The position numbers and the translations under genes were made by a program. 64,000 nucleotides of DNA from Laetmonice hystrix (taxonomy: Eukaryota): contig OZ249436.1 in the NCBI GenBank assembly GCA_965235115.1, forward strand, positions 30,194,001 to 30,258,000. The letters are read 5' to 3'. This document shows, one piece after another, positions 26,582-40,392 of the stretch. Each line of letters starts with the position of its first letter. Position 1 is the first letter of the stretch. The notes under the pieces are model-generated. The model had not been told where the DNA came from and made no database searches. It was given only the letters and a program-made list of their open reading frames with translations.

Positions 26582-27011
26582 TTGGATGTTGATTCGTGAT
26601 CCACCATAACTACTCCTCATCCATCTTTTGGTATTTTGCCAACCACCATCCACTCCTTTATTCAATGCAATGTTCTTGGATGTTGATCCATGACCCACAT
26701 TTACTACTCCCCATCCATCCTTTTACAACCCCCACACTCCTTTATTCAATGCAATGTTCTTGGATGTTGATCCATGACCCACTTTTACTACTCCCCATCC
26801 ATCCTTTTACAACCCCCACACTCCTGTATTCAATGCAATGTTCTTGGATGTTGATCCATGACCCACTTTTACTACTCCCCATCCATCCTTTTGCAACCCC
26901 CACACTCCTTTATTCAATGCAATGTTCTTGGATGTTGATCCATGACCCACTTTTACTACTCCCCATCCATCCTTTTGCAACCCCCCCCCACTCCTGTATT
27001 CAATGCAATGT
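26582..27011. repeat. 84-bp tandem repeat, about 4.3 copies plus a degenerate leading copy
   Basis: Unit starts at 26653, 26737, 26821, 26905 and 26991. ORF 26596..27156 is a repeat translation. Confidence 0.95.
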
Positions 27012-27846
27012 CCCTGATTGCTATGGTAACCGTTTCAACTTAATTATTCCTGTTAAACATCTGCGCCTCTTCCTCTTCTCTTCGCTGCCCCTTTACTTAG
27101 TGACTACTGTCTCTTCATTGACCTACTTTATCATAATCACATACTCTTCCTCTTAGTTACTCTCTCCGGTGTCTTGGTCTTCAGCATTGTCTCTTTGCTA
27201 TACTGATTCTTTTTTAAACGTTGACTGCTCTCTCGAAAGGAAAACTGGATTTGTAAAACAGAAAGCAGCATCTGGTTTCCTTACAAGAAAGTTGTTCAAC
27301 GGCCCATTTTACATTGGTATCCATATCAACCGGCCCTTACTATGATTTCCTACTCCACCACGATGCCCCATTTATATAATGCACGGATTCTTCTAACCAA
27401 TGTTATCCCATGGCCCATTAATTGTAGTGATAGATATAACCCTTAAAGAAATAGCCTTCGTCTAACCTCCCTTCTTGAGAAAATAATCGTAAAAATCTTT
27501 ACCTTTACTATGTATGATCAGCATTTCATAGCCACCTACGTCTAACTATACAGTGATTATTATTACCTAAGTTTTGCTACCCATGTACTGTCATATAGTC
27601 TATGTACAACATAAAGCTACAATCTATAGCCCACAAATCTGTGATAAGTACCTCAAGCCTATCATTCATTATCCTACATTACTGACTACTAATGTCTTGT
27701 TTAAGTAATATCGCACTGGGACCTTAAGGCGTATCCTATTCCCAAGCTTTAATTTGCACTCGTACCTCGGTGCAAGGTGGCCGTTTCCAGTTTCCACTGC
27801 ACTCATATAATAAATGCGTCTCCTTTCTTTTTTTCCTAATCCAAAG

Positions 27847-28506
27847 ACGAAGTCCCAGTAAGGTCACGGTCCAACATTGTTCTCATCGTTCAAACATCAT
27901 CGAACCTCCGGGAACAGAGGTCAATTATTGAGACGTTCCTTTTCAACTTCATCAATTACTTCGACTTCACGAGCGGAGAAATTAATTTTGCCGTCTTGAC
28001 CTACAATGGACAGCCTTTAACTAATCCTAATTACAAATTTACATTCGCCGTTGACCAGAATCGAGAGAACATCTTAGGGTTGACTGGCGATGTTCTTGAG
28101 GCCAGTTTCAATGCTGGCGGAAGTGGAAATGACATTGCGGAAGCCCTAGACTATGCAAGGGTGAACCTCTTCCAGTCAAGATTTAGAGACTCCAATTATG
28201 TCGTGGCTGTAATGGGAAGCGTGAATCCAGAAGAACAAGTAAGAATTCAAACTGCAGCACAGCAAATGAGAAACCGAAGAGTTCTGGTGATTGGCCTGCG
28301 CTATCCAACGTCGCAAATCCAACCACAGCAACTGCAATGGATTACGTACGGACCAGAGCAGTCTCTTTACAATGTGGACCTGTCTTTTGGAGACACATTC
28401 GGAGTTCTACAAAACGTACAGAGGTCTGCCTCCATATTCCAACCTACAGGTGCTGTAGATCCACCTCCTCCTGTCGTAGTCCCGGGACCAGCCCTACCAC
28501 CCCCAG
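27847..28506 (+). CDS. vWA domain 2 exon with Pro-rich C-terminal linker
   Basis: Reads SNIVLIVQTSSN...INFAVLTY...DIAEALDYAR...PPPPVVVPGPALPPP. Acceptor after a polypyrimidine tract, donor GTTAGT, phase 1-1. Confidence 0.88.
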
Positions 28507-29408
28507 GTTAGTTAGTCCGTCGGCAATGGTCCACGGTTCCGTATTGCCTGAGGTCGATGCATTGTTTGTAAATCGGAGGTGGAGCTTGACAGGGCCGGAT
28601 CTAGAAATGTTTGACTTGGTTATGTTTTGCCCGAAGAAACAAGGGTTAAGGGATTCGGGTTGGTATGGTTGCTTCTTTTCACTGGTTACAAACCTTGATA
28701 GTGCTAACTGCACGTGCATGTATTGTAGATAGGCTTTTCTTGTGTGTTTCCTGCGTTGAATCTTCTAGGTTATATGGATGCCTTTTCACAGGTAAGGTAT
28801 TGCTCTGTTTGAAAAAGCGATCAGACGTCAGGGTATGTAAATACTTAGTAACAATTATGCTGACCTTTGACAGTTTTTGGGAAAACGGCAACGTCTTAGG
28901 TTGTGTCTGACCCCTGTCCTCTCCGAGAGATTGCTCAATCCTAATAAATTGTCATTTCAGGATATGATTGAAAGAAATCAAGTTTTCCAGCGTATAGGGA
29001 GCAATTGTATATTTTGTCAGGCACTTTACTTTTTTTGTTGCGCATTTGAACATTTACTGTGTCATACATTATGCATGCATGAGCTTATATTAGAACTGTC
29101 TGATGTGATTTAACATGCTGCTCCCGACTCCAGCTGTGTGGTCTGGAGTCGCTGCACCACGAGAAATGTGACATTAGTTTTCCCCCATCAGGAAGGGCAG
29201 TCACTGCAACAAGGGGACAGCAATTAAGATATTGCTGTGAGTGTACATAAGATTTAACACCCAGTGTTCTTTATTTTGCAGATTGACATTGTACAATATT
29301 ACAGGCTCAAGAACCCTAAATTCAGGGCGATTGGATTTGTCTGGAGGAGCCTCAGTCAACATTCAATAACATTGGTCATGATTATCTTTATTTTATTCAT
29401 TTGTAAAG

Positions 29409-29996
29409 ATGGCTTGGACGTGGCAGACGTTACGTTTGTCCTTCACGGAGCGGTGGATGTTTCCCCCGAGTATTTCCGAGCTCAGAAAGATCTGGCGAAC
29501 TTGTTACTCGATGCGTTCCCAGCGTACGGGGCAGATGGCGTGCGCGTCGCCGTCGTCCTTTATGGCGGCAATGCCGTTATTTGGTACTTCCTGAGCAGTT
29601 ACCGCACGTATCCAAACAAAACAGACATTAAGGATGCGATTGATAGACTGCCTCGCAACGCTGAACGGGGGGCAAACTTTAGAGAGGTATTTCGATTGCT
29701 CAAGGACCGGATCTATTCCCAAGCCTATGATTACTATGGCCCGCGCAAAGGGTCCCCTAAAATAGTGTTTTGGATGGTCGCTTACAAACAACCTAATACT
29801 GCCATAATCACTGATGCCGCATCTGCAAGAGAACGTGGGATGAAAATTTATGGCATCACGTTCTCCCAAAATGTGTCGGCCGAGTTCTTGCAAGACCTGT
29901 CATGGAACACCACATACCAGCTCCGGGTGGCCGATTTACGGACCCTTGCAGGCAACTCAAGGGCCATCTTCAGACAGTTAGGAGTCAGTGATCAGG
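29409..29996 (+). CDS. vWA domain 3 exon
   Basis: Reads ADVTFVLHG...VRVAVVLYG...GPRKGSPKIVF. Acceptor TAAAG, donor GTAGGT, phase 1-1. Confidence 0.9.
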
Positions 29997-30834
29997 GTAG
30001 GTTGATCGAGTAATCACCCAGCCAGCTTAGGTTTTTAATGGATCAGTAGACGCTATTTCCCGCGGTTTAGCGTGCGTTCCAAATGGCTGCGTATAGGGGC
30101 CTCATGCTTTGTCTCTTTTGGAGTCGAATTTAGATCCTTGGACATAAAGGACCCCCCAAAAACCATTGCTCCTGTGCAAGAGTGTAGGGAGCCATGTAGG
30201 GGAATAGAACACAAGACCCCCCCCCCCCCCATGAAAACATAAGAACTCGATTTCGTCGGAAATCGCTCAATTATATTACAAAAGTTTAGTTTGCTTGCCT
30301 CATCCAACAAATCCCCAGCTCTCACAACTCTCTACGTGCCAGCTGCCTTACATGGTACCATGCGAGTAGAGTGCAATGCCCGTAGAAGCAAGAACGTTCC
30401 CTTTGCCTGGGAGAAGTGAGTGTGATATCATTGCCTCAGCAATCATTGGCTTTAAAAGCACACGGCAAACTAGGAGGCCGACAACCCAACCTTCTTCTCC
30501 CTGTCTTTTCAAAGTTCTCGAACCAACGTCGCCAAGGCTGTGTGGCTCTCTCAGGTCGACTAACACATTTATCTTTTATGTATCATTCCAGCCTTCTTCT
30601 TCAGGATGAGCTAAATACCTTGAACCTCGCCTTGGCCTGCATCCTCCCCGAAGCTTCTACATCCCTTATATGAACCCTGACCTTGCGTGTGAATGAGTAA
30701 ACCATGCATGCTTGTTATCATGAAAAGAACATGAATATTGTTGATGTTGAAATAGTTATGAGATCATGACGTATATTTTTTGCTGTAAGAAGAAAACTAA
30801 AATTTGATTTTCATTTCTTTTTGACCACGAATAG

Positions 30835-31398
30835 ATGTCGGCACAGGAAGCCGGGTGGACGTTGCGATCATCTTGCAAAACTCGCGAGATCTCGGAGACG
30901 CAGTGTACGGCACACTGCGAAATAAAGTAATCGCACTTATTCAGACCTACAGGGTTGATCGCAATAATGCTCGGATTTCGTTAGTAACGTTTGATCGAAT
31001 GGCTGAAGTGCAGTTTTCCTTGGAACGATATGGAAACATAGCAGACGTCATCACGGCAGTCACTCGAACCCCAATAGGAGAGACAGGAACGAACCTGGCA
31101 GCAGGCCTTAGAATAGTTCGATCACAGGTTTTTCTAGGGTCCGGGGACCGGCCTCGGATTGCTTACGTGTTTATGGGAAGTCGTTCGACTATAGAAGGTA
31201 TTCAAGAAATAACGCAAGCTGCCTTGAGCCTTCGGGACAGTCGGATAGGTGTGGTGACGGTTGGAATCCGAGGTCTACCAGATTTGTCCGAACAACTACT
31301 TGCCGCAGCTTGGTCGGCGCAATACGCCGAGACGTACGCAAGTGCTGGCAGCATTGACATCAGGAACGTGAAACGGTCGGGAAGTCTATTAGCAGTGG
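30835..31398 (+). CDS. vWA domain 4 exon
   Basis: Reads VDVAIILQNS...ARISLVTFD...GTNLAAGL...SGDRP. Donor GTGAGT, phase 1-1. Confidence 0.92.
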
Positions 31399-31977
31399 GT
31401 GAGTGTCCACCAACAATTCACAACCCCTGTGAGGAAACCCTTTCCATTATTGAGACCTTCATAGTAGAATATAGAACACGCTCCATTTTGTTGAGGATTT
31501 CAAATGTGTGTCTGCATATAGTTTTTGTTTTCCCTGCCATTTTAGCGGTTTGGCTTTTCAGTAGTTTGTTGTGTTATGCATGTTTGTCTAGAAATTAGCG
31601 TAGGCTAGTTTCCGCCTTTGTTTTACCATTTTTAGTATGAATTGTCGGTTATACTGTAGCTATTAGTGAGGAAAGGGGAAAACCCTGAACACCACAAGTA
31701 AAAACACCTTCGATGCATGTCAACCATGGTTCTTTGTCATCTGCAATATGCAACCATCGTTAGGGAATGGATTTTCTCTAATCATTACGTTTAAATCTGA
31801 CTAGAGTTCCGGAATGTTTTGGACCCATGGCTGAAACCTAAAACAAAGAAGCTGCGCGATGCTATGTTCCGACCAGGATTGCCTATTGTAGATGCGAGGC
31901 CTCATGTACATGCTCGATCCCCCAAACCCCATCCCCCGGCATGGACTGATCGTGCTGACTGATTTGGTTCCTCACAG

Positions 31978-32523
31978 CACTCACCCGGCAAGATGTCACC
32001 TTTGTGGTGCCAGGAAACAGGAGAGTCGATTCCACTGCGGTCAAAGACTACATAAAAACCCTTGTACGCCTATATCTAGTAGGGCGTAACGCGGCTAGGA
32101 TAGCTGTAGTGGTTTTCGACAGACAGGCCCGGATTCAGTTTGATTTTGACGATTATTCCACCGAAAGAGATGTCTTAAATGCCATCGATAACATACGGTT
32201 TGACGGAGATGGGTTCAACCTTACGGATGCAATGTATACTATGAGAACGCAGCTTTATAGACCCAACAGAGGAGACAGACCAGGTGTACCAAACATAGCG
32301 TACTTGTTGGTGTCCCAGCGCCCCACGGACCAAGGCCTTGATGACCAGGCCGCACTCCTAAGGACAAGAAGGATTGGGGCTATTGTATTGGGCTATGGAC
32401 GCGACGTCTTCCGGACCGATATAGAGAGACTTGCATGGAATAGAAACTTTGTCCGGCGCACAAACCGGCTGGACGAGCTCCCCAGGAGTACCCTCACCAG
32501 CCTTTCATTTACCCTTTTGAGGG
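31978..32523 (+). CDS. vWA domain 5 exon
   Basis: Reads QDVTFVV...ARIAVVVFD...RGDRPGVPNIAYLL. Acceptor CACAG, donor GTGAGT, phase 1-1. Confidence 0.92.
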
Positions 32524-33522
32524 GTGAGTAACAGAGATACGGTTTACTCGCTTCATGCTTTTTGCTGGTTGATATTGGTGCTTTCCTAGTTCCTCGTGGA
32601 CGGGACACAAGTATTAAAGTATCAGGCGAGGAGATATTTAAAAGAAAGCTCCCACCCAAAATACTTTTTCAGATTGTCGAACGATCTCGTTAACATTCCT
32701 AACAAAAGTTCCGCCAGTAACTTAGGGAGAAAAGTATCCTTCTTGACAAGCAGGTGCCTTTTAAATGGATGGAAATGTGCTCTTAATGATAAGTGCCCCT
32801 TGGAACCGTAGTCTGGCCCCTGGCAATGTTTGTCTGCGTACGGGCCTGATAATAATATAATGATGCCTGTAATGACGAAGACAAATAGACACCCATTTGA
32901 ATGCACAGCTCTATCTATAAAACTATACAAACATTTGTACAAATAAATACAAAACATTTGGCAAATTACTCAACTGTATAGCACCCCTTCTCCTCGCAAC
33001 ATTGCGCTTTTCTGCAGGGTGGGGGTGGGGGGTGGGGGGCTTTAACTAGATTGAAGCATTGAAACCACCACCATCTTTTGTGCCCCTATGCTTGCTCATG
33101 ATATATAGGTTTAGAAAAAGACAAATTAGCCTATACTGCGTAAACTGCTTTTCCGCAATTAAACATGTTACATGATCCTCTGGTTTAAAAAGGCTCTCCT
33201 CGCGCTAATAATTATTGCTATTAGAATAAGTTTCCATAGGAACATAGAAAAGGTTCACATTCCCTTATCATATCATTGATAATATTAACAACCTGGAGAA
33301 AGGCCTTTAAAGGACGGGACTGATCATTAAGGGCGTTATCAAACCTAACTTAACCAATGATAAAGAACAAAATAAGTTTGGCTGATGGTCATTATGTATA
33401 GCAGAATGCCGAAGAGCCCCCCCCCCCGTGTAAAAGGAAAAGAGCCTCTGATAAGCTATACAGATATATGTAGGCATGAAGTTTTTGATGGGGTATTGTT
33501 GATGTCATTTGTTGTACTGTAG

Positions 33523-34101
33523 ATATCCAAGACGTCACCACTGGTTTAGTATTTGTGGTCAATATCAACACGGATATGCGGCAGGACGATATCAGACAAC
33601 TCAAGACCCTAATCATCGACCTCATCCGACGAGACTTCGAATCAGGAACCACCTCGAAGAGAGTTGTGATGATCGTATTCGATTCACAAGCTCGCGTGGA
33701 GTTCCAGTATGACATCGAGACCTCCCAAGATTTGGGCCGAATTAACCAACTCGTAAATAACATCGCAGCACGAGGCAGAGGCACAAGAATCGCAGAGGGT
33801 CTGCGATTGGCCAGAGACACAATAGACACATTAATCCGAGACGGGGTCATAGACACCAGCAACATCTATCTACTGGTTGGCCGTCCGGACGACGACTCCC
33901 CAGGGACGATTCAGTTACAGAGTACTATACTCAGGGAACGAACCATCAGCGTCTTCCCCATCGGTTTCACCAACCTCGCTCGCCAAACTGACCTCGAGGC
34001 CGCAGCCACGTTTCCAAGTTATGTAGTTACTGCCTCGAGTCCAAGTTCATTAAACGTTACAAGGATAGTGTTTCTGTCGCGAACATTGGTGCTGATGGTT
34101 G
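33523..34101 (+). CDS. vWA domain 6 exon
   Basis: Reads GLVFVVN...RVVMIVFDSQARVEF...GTRIAEGL. Acceptor TGTAG, donor GTGAGT, phase 1-1. Confidence 0.9.
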
Positions 34102-35505
34102 GTGAGTTTTCTTATTATGAGGCGAAGGCCCCTTTGTGTCGCATCTCGCCCTGAACCAAGGCTCGGCAACCCTTCCAACAGTCCTCTTCTGTTGAAGTAA
34201 TCTGCTACCTGCTGCCTGCCTGTGTGTATGTGATTTCGCACTAGAAGGCCGCTTCCAAGTGATGACAAGAGAGCAACAGCTATGTACGGACGCATGTGTA
34301 CATTCTGTTGTGTGCGTTCGGCCCCTGCAACTGTGTAACCTGCACTTTGTTTGACCATCCGAATGTGATCCTACTGTTTATCAGTTGTCCGTCCCCACAG
34401 GGACATGACGAGGCTTGACAGTCGCTCTGTGGATGGTCTTGCTTTAACAAGAGTTTAAACTGCGCGGGCGGCAATTCAGAAAGGTCGGCTTTGTTGGTAT
34501 CAACTGATGTTGTTATCATTCGGCTTCTCAGAATGTCGCTGCCCACAGAGCTTTTGCCTTGAATCCAGATACCATGACTCGCCCATACAGATTACTTTCT
34601 GCCGTTATCATTCGTATTCTTTCCCGCATATGGAGGAAATACTCGTCTGCATGGGCCTCATGTGACCTGTTGATTTGCGTATACATGTACTCGTCTGTTT
34701 ACATCCCTCTATTTTGCTTGTTATCTGATCCTCCATTTGCAAGGTGTAGGGAAGTCTTAGAGCTTTCTGTATTGGCATGTGCGTGTTGTATTTGAAGCCA
34801 GAACAATCGTCAAATGATGTGCTTGCATGTGAATCTACTAAATACCCGTATCCTCTCTTTCAGAATTCCTTTACCAGACCTGGTTTTTCGCATTGCTTAC
34901 TCCATCCCAAATTCCCTACATTTTGTGGGGACGGAGTTTTATATTGTTTCTCTTTTGCATTTGTCTGTCTCACTGCTATTGTCTCATTCCCCGGTGAAGG
35001 TTTATTTTAACATTCCTTTCACTGTACATAAAATGATCACACTAGTAACTGGCATGGTGGTCTAATGTAAACCCCTGCTACATTTTATGGAGTAGACGCT
35101 TTAAAAACAGAAGACTAATAAAGGCACGATGCCTTGTTGGTGATATTGAAATGATTATTTTGACTATGGAATTTCTTTTGAGTTAATCATGGTTGTGATA
35201 AGATACATTCCTATACCGTCATATTAAAGATGTACTCAACTTTCAAGTACATTCGGTATTTCCATGTGTTTCCTGGAACGAAAAAGTCGTAAATCTAAAA
35301 TTGATTGGCTAGATTGAAAATACCAATAGTCATCAATTCAATACGTTCAGTCTTTAATGCCAAATGTTTAATACGTAATTGCAAATAGACACAAATTATA
35401 TTTTACTTTAGTACTTTGAAGTCAAAAGGAAGAACATATCATAGCGGAATTGCAATCGATTCATATGAATGAGATTTAACTTATTATAATTCGTCTTTTT
35501 AACAG

Positions 35506-35538
35506 ATACTAGTGACCAAAGAGTCATCGTGATACCAG
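35506..35538 (+). CDS. 33-nt microexon (DTSDQRVIVIPG linker)
   Basis: TTTTTAACAG acceptor and GTAAAT donor. Open and frame-preserving, phase 1-1. Confidence 0.6.
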
Positions 35539-35797
35539 GTAAATTATATTGTGGTCAATAAAAATAGATTATGTAACAGGTTTATGAATAATTAAATGAC
35601 GAATGTTTCCTCTATCTGAAAGGTCTCCAGCACAAAATATCTTAAGTAGTCTTTCCCGTTCTCCAATTTTCGTTGTCTTAGGACGAAAACAACTCCAAAT
35701 TCTTGCATAGATCAAACAGACATTCTCAGTTCGCAAATTTGACTTTATAATCCAAGCCTCACACAGCTTCAATGTTTGCCTCATCTGTTTTTTCCAG

Positions 35798-36084
35798 GTG
35801 GCACCCTCTTGTCTTCCACTCCCAGGTATTTTGGGAACAACGTAACACTCAGGACTGCATACTTGCCCACTGGCGCTAAAAAGTCGTGGATAGACTTCGA
35901 AACCGAACTGCCGCCCGGATCGCTGCAAAGGTTCACATTTTTCGTTCACAACATTTCGTCGATATCCGAAGGTGTTGTACGCCTGCAGATTTGGCGGCCC
36001 GTCGATGTGATCGACTACGAGTTCCGGCTGGTGTGGGAAGCCCGACTTCGTGTTCAGACGGGACCCTTGGGCAACCTCTACACG
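35798..36084 (+). CDS. Unknown domain, N-terminal half
   Basis: TTTTTCCAG acceptor. Reads GGTLLS...FTFFV...VRLQIWRP...EFRLVWE. Phase-0 donor GTAGGT. Confidence 0.85.
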
Positions 36085-39000
36085 GTAGGTCATCGAGATA
36101 CGGTCAGGACTCGTTTATCCGAACACTATTGGCACCCAGTATTAATGTTCCGATTGCGAACCAGGCGGATTCCTGAATCATTTTGACTCGAGAATGATAC
36201 AAGGGAGTTTGTTCGGATTGTGAAACATAAATATTAAAGAGGGCCGGATTAACGAGGTCTGACTGTGTATTTGCCTATCTCTTTGTCAGCGTTTCTCACA
36301 TATATCTCACTGTTGATTCATGATGCTGAAGGATTATGTATAACTAATTTCTGGTTTTTGAAAGCAGCATTCAGCCGAGCCCTATCTACAACACAATCAC
36401 TAACTTGAAATAATGGCTCCTTCCAAGGTGGTAGTACGTGAAGATTTAGGTTCGTTCATACTACAAGGTTCTGGTTATACTGACATCCACAGACTTGTCA
36501 AGAGATGGCTCTCTGGTCTCCTGCTCTTCTGATAAGGTTTTTTGATTGTCATGGTGTCAAGAACCGTGTCTACCTACAAGGATACACTCGTACAAATTAG
36601 CACAGATATTCATACAAGCCCTTGGCAAGTCGAACGTCTAAGCGTGCCAGCGCACTAGAGTCTACTGCTGCTTAATGTTAATGCATCCATAGGTTAGGTC
36701 AATTCAGGTGTAGCATTAGACCTAAATCGCTAAACTGGAGGCCCAATTAGATATTTCCATAATGACAGGTCATCCAGGATTCAGCGTGTATTTTTTGAAA
36801 AATTCTGCTTCCAGATATTTTGCGATTTGATATTTTGAAGTAAACTAAATTGTGCCTCATTTCGTAGGCCGATTAATTCAAATTATTTGATTCGTAGGAA
36901 CCCAAGGGAGAGGTCCTAATATTTTAGGCCTAACTATACCAAGATAGTGAAAGGACAGACTGGCGCACCCGGCGGTCCTGGGTTATTTTGTATTAGATTA
37001 AGGTTTCTCTGATTTATCAAGTAATGTTTCGCATCCCTGGTTTCGAATAATTTCCTGGTCACCTAAACCAAAAGCAGTAGGCCGTAGAAAACTGGTCAGG
37101 GAGTGGTCCTGCTGTTCCTATAAACGGAAGGGTGACGTCGGCTGCTTCTGACCAGAACAGGTTTCACATCATCCAAAATCTCAACCGTAAACAGGGCCAG
37201 TCAGTGACCCAGGCTGAGGGCTTGGCTGGCGATCAGTCGTCCCTTACGTGTGGACCATCGACCCACAAGGAGCTCTATCACCTGGGGAAGTGGGAGGTAG
37301 CTGGCTCCTATACATGCTGACACGACCCTTCGGCGGGGATGAATGCATTTTGCATCACTTCATGACAGTTTGGAGGGGAGGATGGAAGGTCGTATGAGTT
37401 TATTGCGAGGGAGGGGGACGTGGCTGGGGGGGGGGGGTGCCCCCCTACAGGTCGGGGTGCGTGTGTGGGGGTGTCTGAGGGTGCAGGAGTAGGTGGGAAG
37501 GGGCCACTTTTTTCCCTCGATGTCTGAACATAAACGTCACGATTGGTCACTTTAACAAAAAGTACGCCACAATCAAGTGATGGTATTGTCGCTGTTTTCA
37601 TTGTACACAACACTGGTCAGTGATTCACGCGCAAGAATTTCAAACATATAAAAAAAAGAAAGAAAGAAACAAATTTCCTACTTTAAAGCGTTTTTGCTCT
37701 AAAACATCGTTACACATTCGGTCGCAAGGGGTGACTGTCACGCTGAAAATTGGGATCATTCGAGGGCAAGTAACCAGAGCGTTCGTCGATCCTGGCGGCT
37801 GTGAATGTACGCGCGGCGCGAGTCACACTCGACTTCCTTGCGTATTATGAACTACCTACAGCGCCGCCAACTCCCAACCAACTTGTCCATTGTAGAGGTC
37901 CCCCGAGCGTGCGGGGCCAGTTGCAACCACACAACAATTATAGTTTTTGACCCGTTTGTTTAGGCACGCGTGACGACTGGCATGGTTGGGACCCAGAAGC
38001 CGGGGTCGATCCAGTGACGTGCCCATATTGCAGGGCACGTCATAATAAATAATATGATGCGCGGAAGCCTTTTTGCACAAGCTGAACGACCCTTCATGCA
38101 AAGTGTTAGCCCGCCAATAAAACACTCAAACATCATTTTGGTATACGTAAACACGCAGAGCTATAGGTAACTTGAACTTCGTGGTTTTGAACCTAAGTCT
38201 GGCTGGCGCATACTCATATAGTTCCCATGGGCAGAAAGATGGGTTGGTCATGTCAATATTACCTTTAGAAAATTTGAAATGAAAATGGATCAGAAGTTTG
38301 TTTAAATGTATTTTTCAACTTTTTATTTATTTTATTGGTGTATGAATAATTGGACTTATGTTTTATGATACCAATTAAAGTTAATTAAGCGATCTACAGA
38401 CTAGAAATATTAGTACTAATGGAATCGACCAACAAGATGCGTGTCCACGTGCATTTTGATTTTATTGCAATTTACACAGACAGGGCAGAAAGAGGGGGAA
38501 AAAACTTTTGAATACCCAAAAAGCAATGAGTCACCAGCAACCTGCACTCCCCCCTCCCCCGACTCGATGTGTGTCCTATCGATGTTCAACTAAAGCTAAT
38601 GTTTTCACAACGGAAGATTCATATTAGACGTGGTCATGGCCGGAGAAATTAGCAAAAGACAAGAATGTTCGTTACTGATTTGATCAGCTCTGCAGGCCTA
38701 TATCAAACAAAACGTTCTAGTCACTCTAGACCTGTTTGACTTGGCGGCCGGCCTTGGTGCACGGCGCCAAATGTTCGACACGAGGTTAGTCTTGAGGCGA
38801 CATGTTCAAGGGACCACGGCGGTTTTTTTAAAGAAGCATCTGGCACGCAGCACTTGCATATATAATCCATATTTCATTTTCTTATCCACCCTAGGTCAGG
38901 AACAGCGTCGAGTAAGTTAGACATACATTCCTCAAAGTAGGGCATATTTCACTCCAAGCGGGTCAATATACACACAGACATAACGGGATCGTACTCGTCT

Positions 39001-39130
39001 CGGCCGACATTGAAGGCAAACGGGAGCCTTAACTCCAAGGCTATAGAAATGATTTATTTTATAGTGCTATGGTCTGAATGCCCGTAGTATTTGCAATCTT
39101 TAAGTAGGAAAATGTGCAGTGAATAATCTT

Positions 39131-39359
39131 CAGTGGCGGATTGGGGGGGGGGGAGGGGGGCGCACCAGTGCTGTCGGAAGTAAAAAAAGTGGGGGGGGGG
39201 GGGGAGGGTGAAAATCGTGTTACTCTACCGCGAATGAGTCGTGCATGTGGCGGGGGTCCAGGGGTCCTCCCCCGATTTTGTTTTTATTTTCCCGACATCT
39301 GGAATAAACATTTTGACGCCAAAGAGGGGGCGGCGGGCCGACCCCTAAATCCGCCACTG
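39131..39359. mobile_element. MITE-like element with 12-bp perfect TIR CAGTGGCGGATT
   Basis: 39131-39142 and 39348-39359 are exact reverse complements. No TSD is evident. Confidence 0.65.
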
Positions 39360-40392
39360 TTTTTAGCGAAAGTAATGTACCCTTTTTCTCTTAATTTCGT
39401 GAGAATGGTGCAACTATGAATTCAATACTGGATCAGATAAGTACGCTTAATGGAAAGAACCAGAAATCCTTTATGTGTTGGAACTGTGGCCGTCGGCAGA
39501 CTCTCGTGTTGGTTGGAGTCGTCTTTCTTTGGAACAGTGCACCAGGCTGAAGGCGATGGGTGGGTGGGTGTGAGGGTGAAAGACATCCCTCACCACATAC
39601 AGACTAGCTGAGATCATAGGCGGTTGGGCAGCACCTCATCTTCAGATCCCCCATCGTCGTTTTGGTGTCATGCACACTGACGAAGATCTTAACACGCACA
39701 CACGCTCCACCTGCTCATCGTCCTGGCGAGCCCGTGGACGTCACCCAACCCCGAGGATTTAGCCAAGTCCTCATCGCGTTAACATTAGTATTCTTAACAC
39801 TGCAGTATACGTGTCACCTGACCTTCGTAAATTTACCGAAAGAGAAGGGATGTTGTTAGTTGCTATGCCGTCATCTAGACTTTATATAATCAACTTTATA
39901 TTTGTTATTCATTGAAAACGTTTCTCCTTGAGTTCCTCCCACAGCATTCAAAAATTTAATTTAAGTTGTTGCTTATGTTAGTCCGGTTCAGAAGACGTGA
40001 AGCAAGAGCGAGTTCAGATAATGGGAATACTCGAGAGAATCTTAATGACATTGGTTAAACGAGATGTTTTTTAAAATGCCACGCTGAGGCCACTTTTTTC
40101 AGAATTAAAAGTGAAGGGAAAATATTCCCGAACTTCATGCTTCTAAAACGGACAGCATAACTATATAGTTTATGATGCTAGTCAAATGGTGTGGTTAGAG
40201 ACTTTAAGCCCATTACACTTGCCAAGACCATTAGAAAAAATACAGACATGCCCCGGTATAACCTTATATGACTGCATTCCTGTGATTCGCTTCTCTTCCG
40301 GCGCAATTAGCCCCAATTATTTTTTCATACTGACCCCATTTATAATTTCCTTATTATACGAAAAAAACTGGGCGCTTCCGTTTCCTTTTTCT

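Noticed and set aside
26596-27156. 186-aa ORF with 28-aa repeats
   Set aside because: Translation of an intronic 84-bp repeat with no fitting splice sites noticed.
13060-39205. Numerous G/C homopolymer runs and G4-like tracts
   Set aside because: Scattered and often associated with repeat fragments, with no positional pattern implying function.
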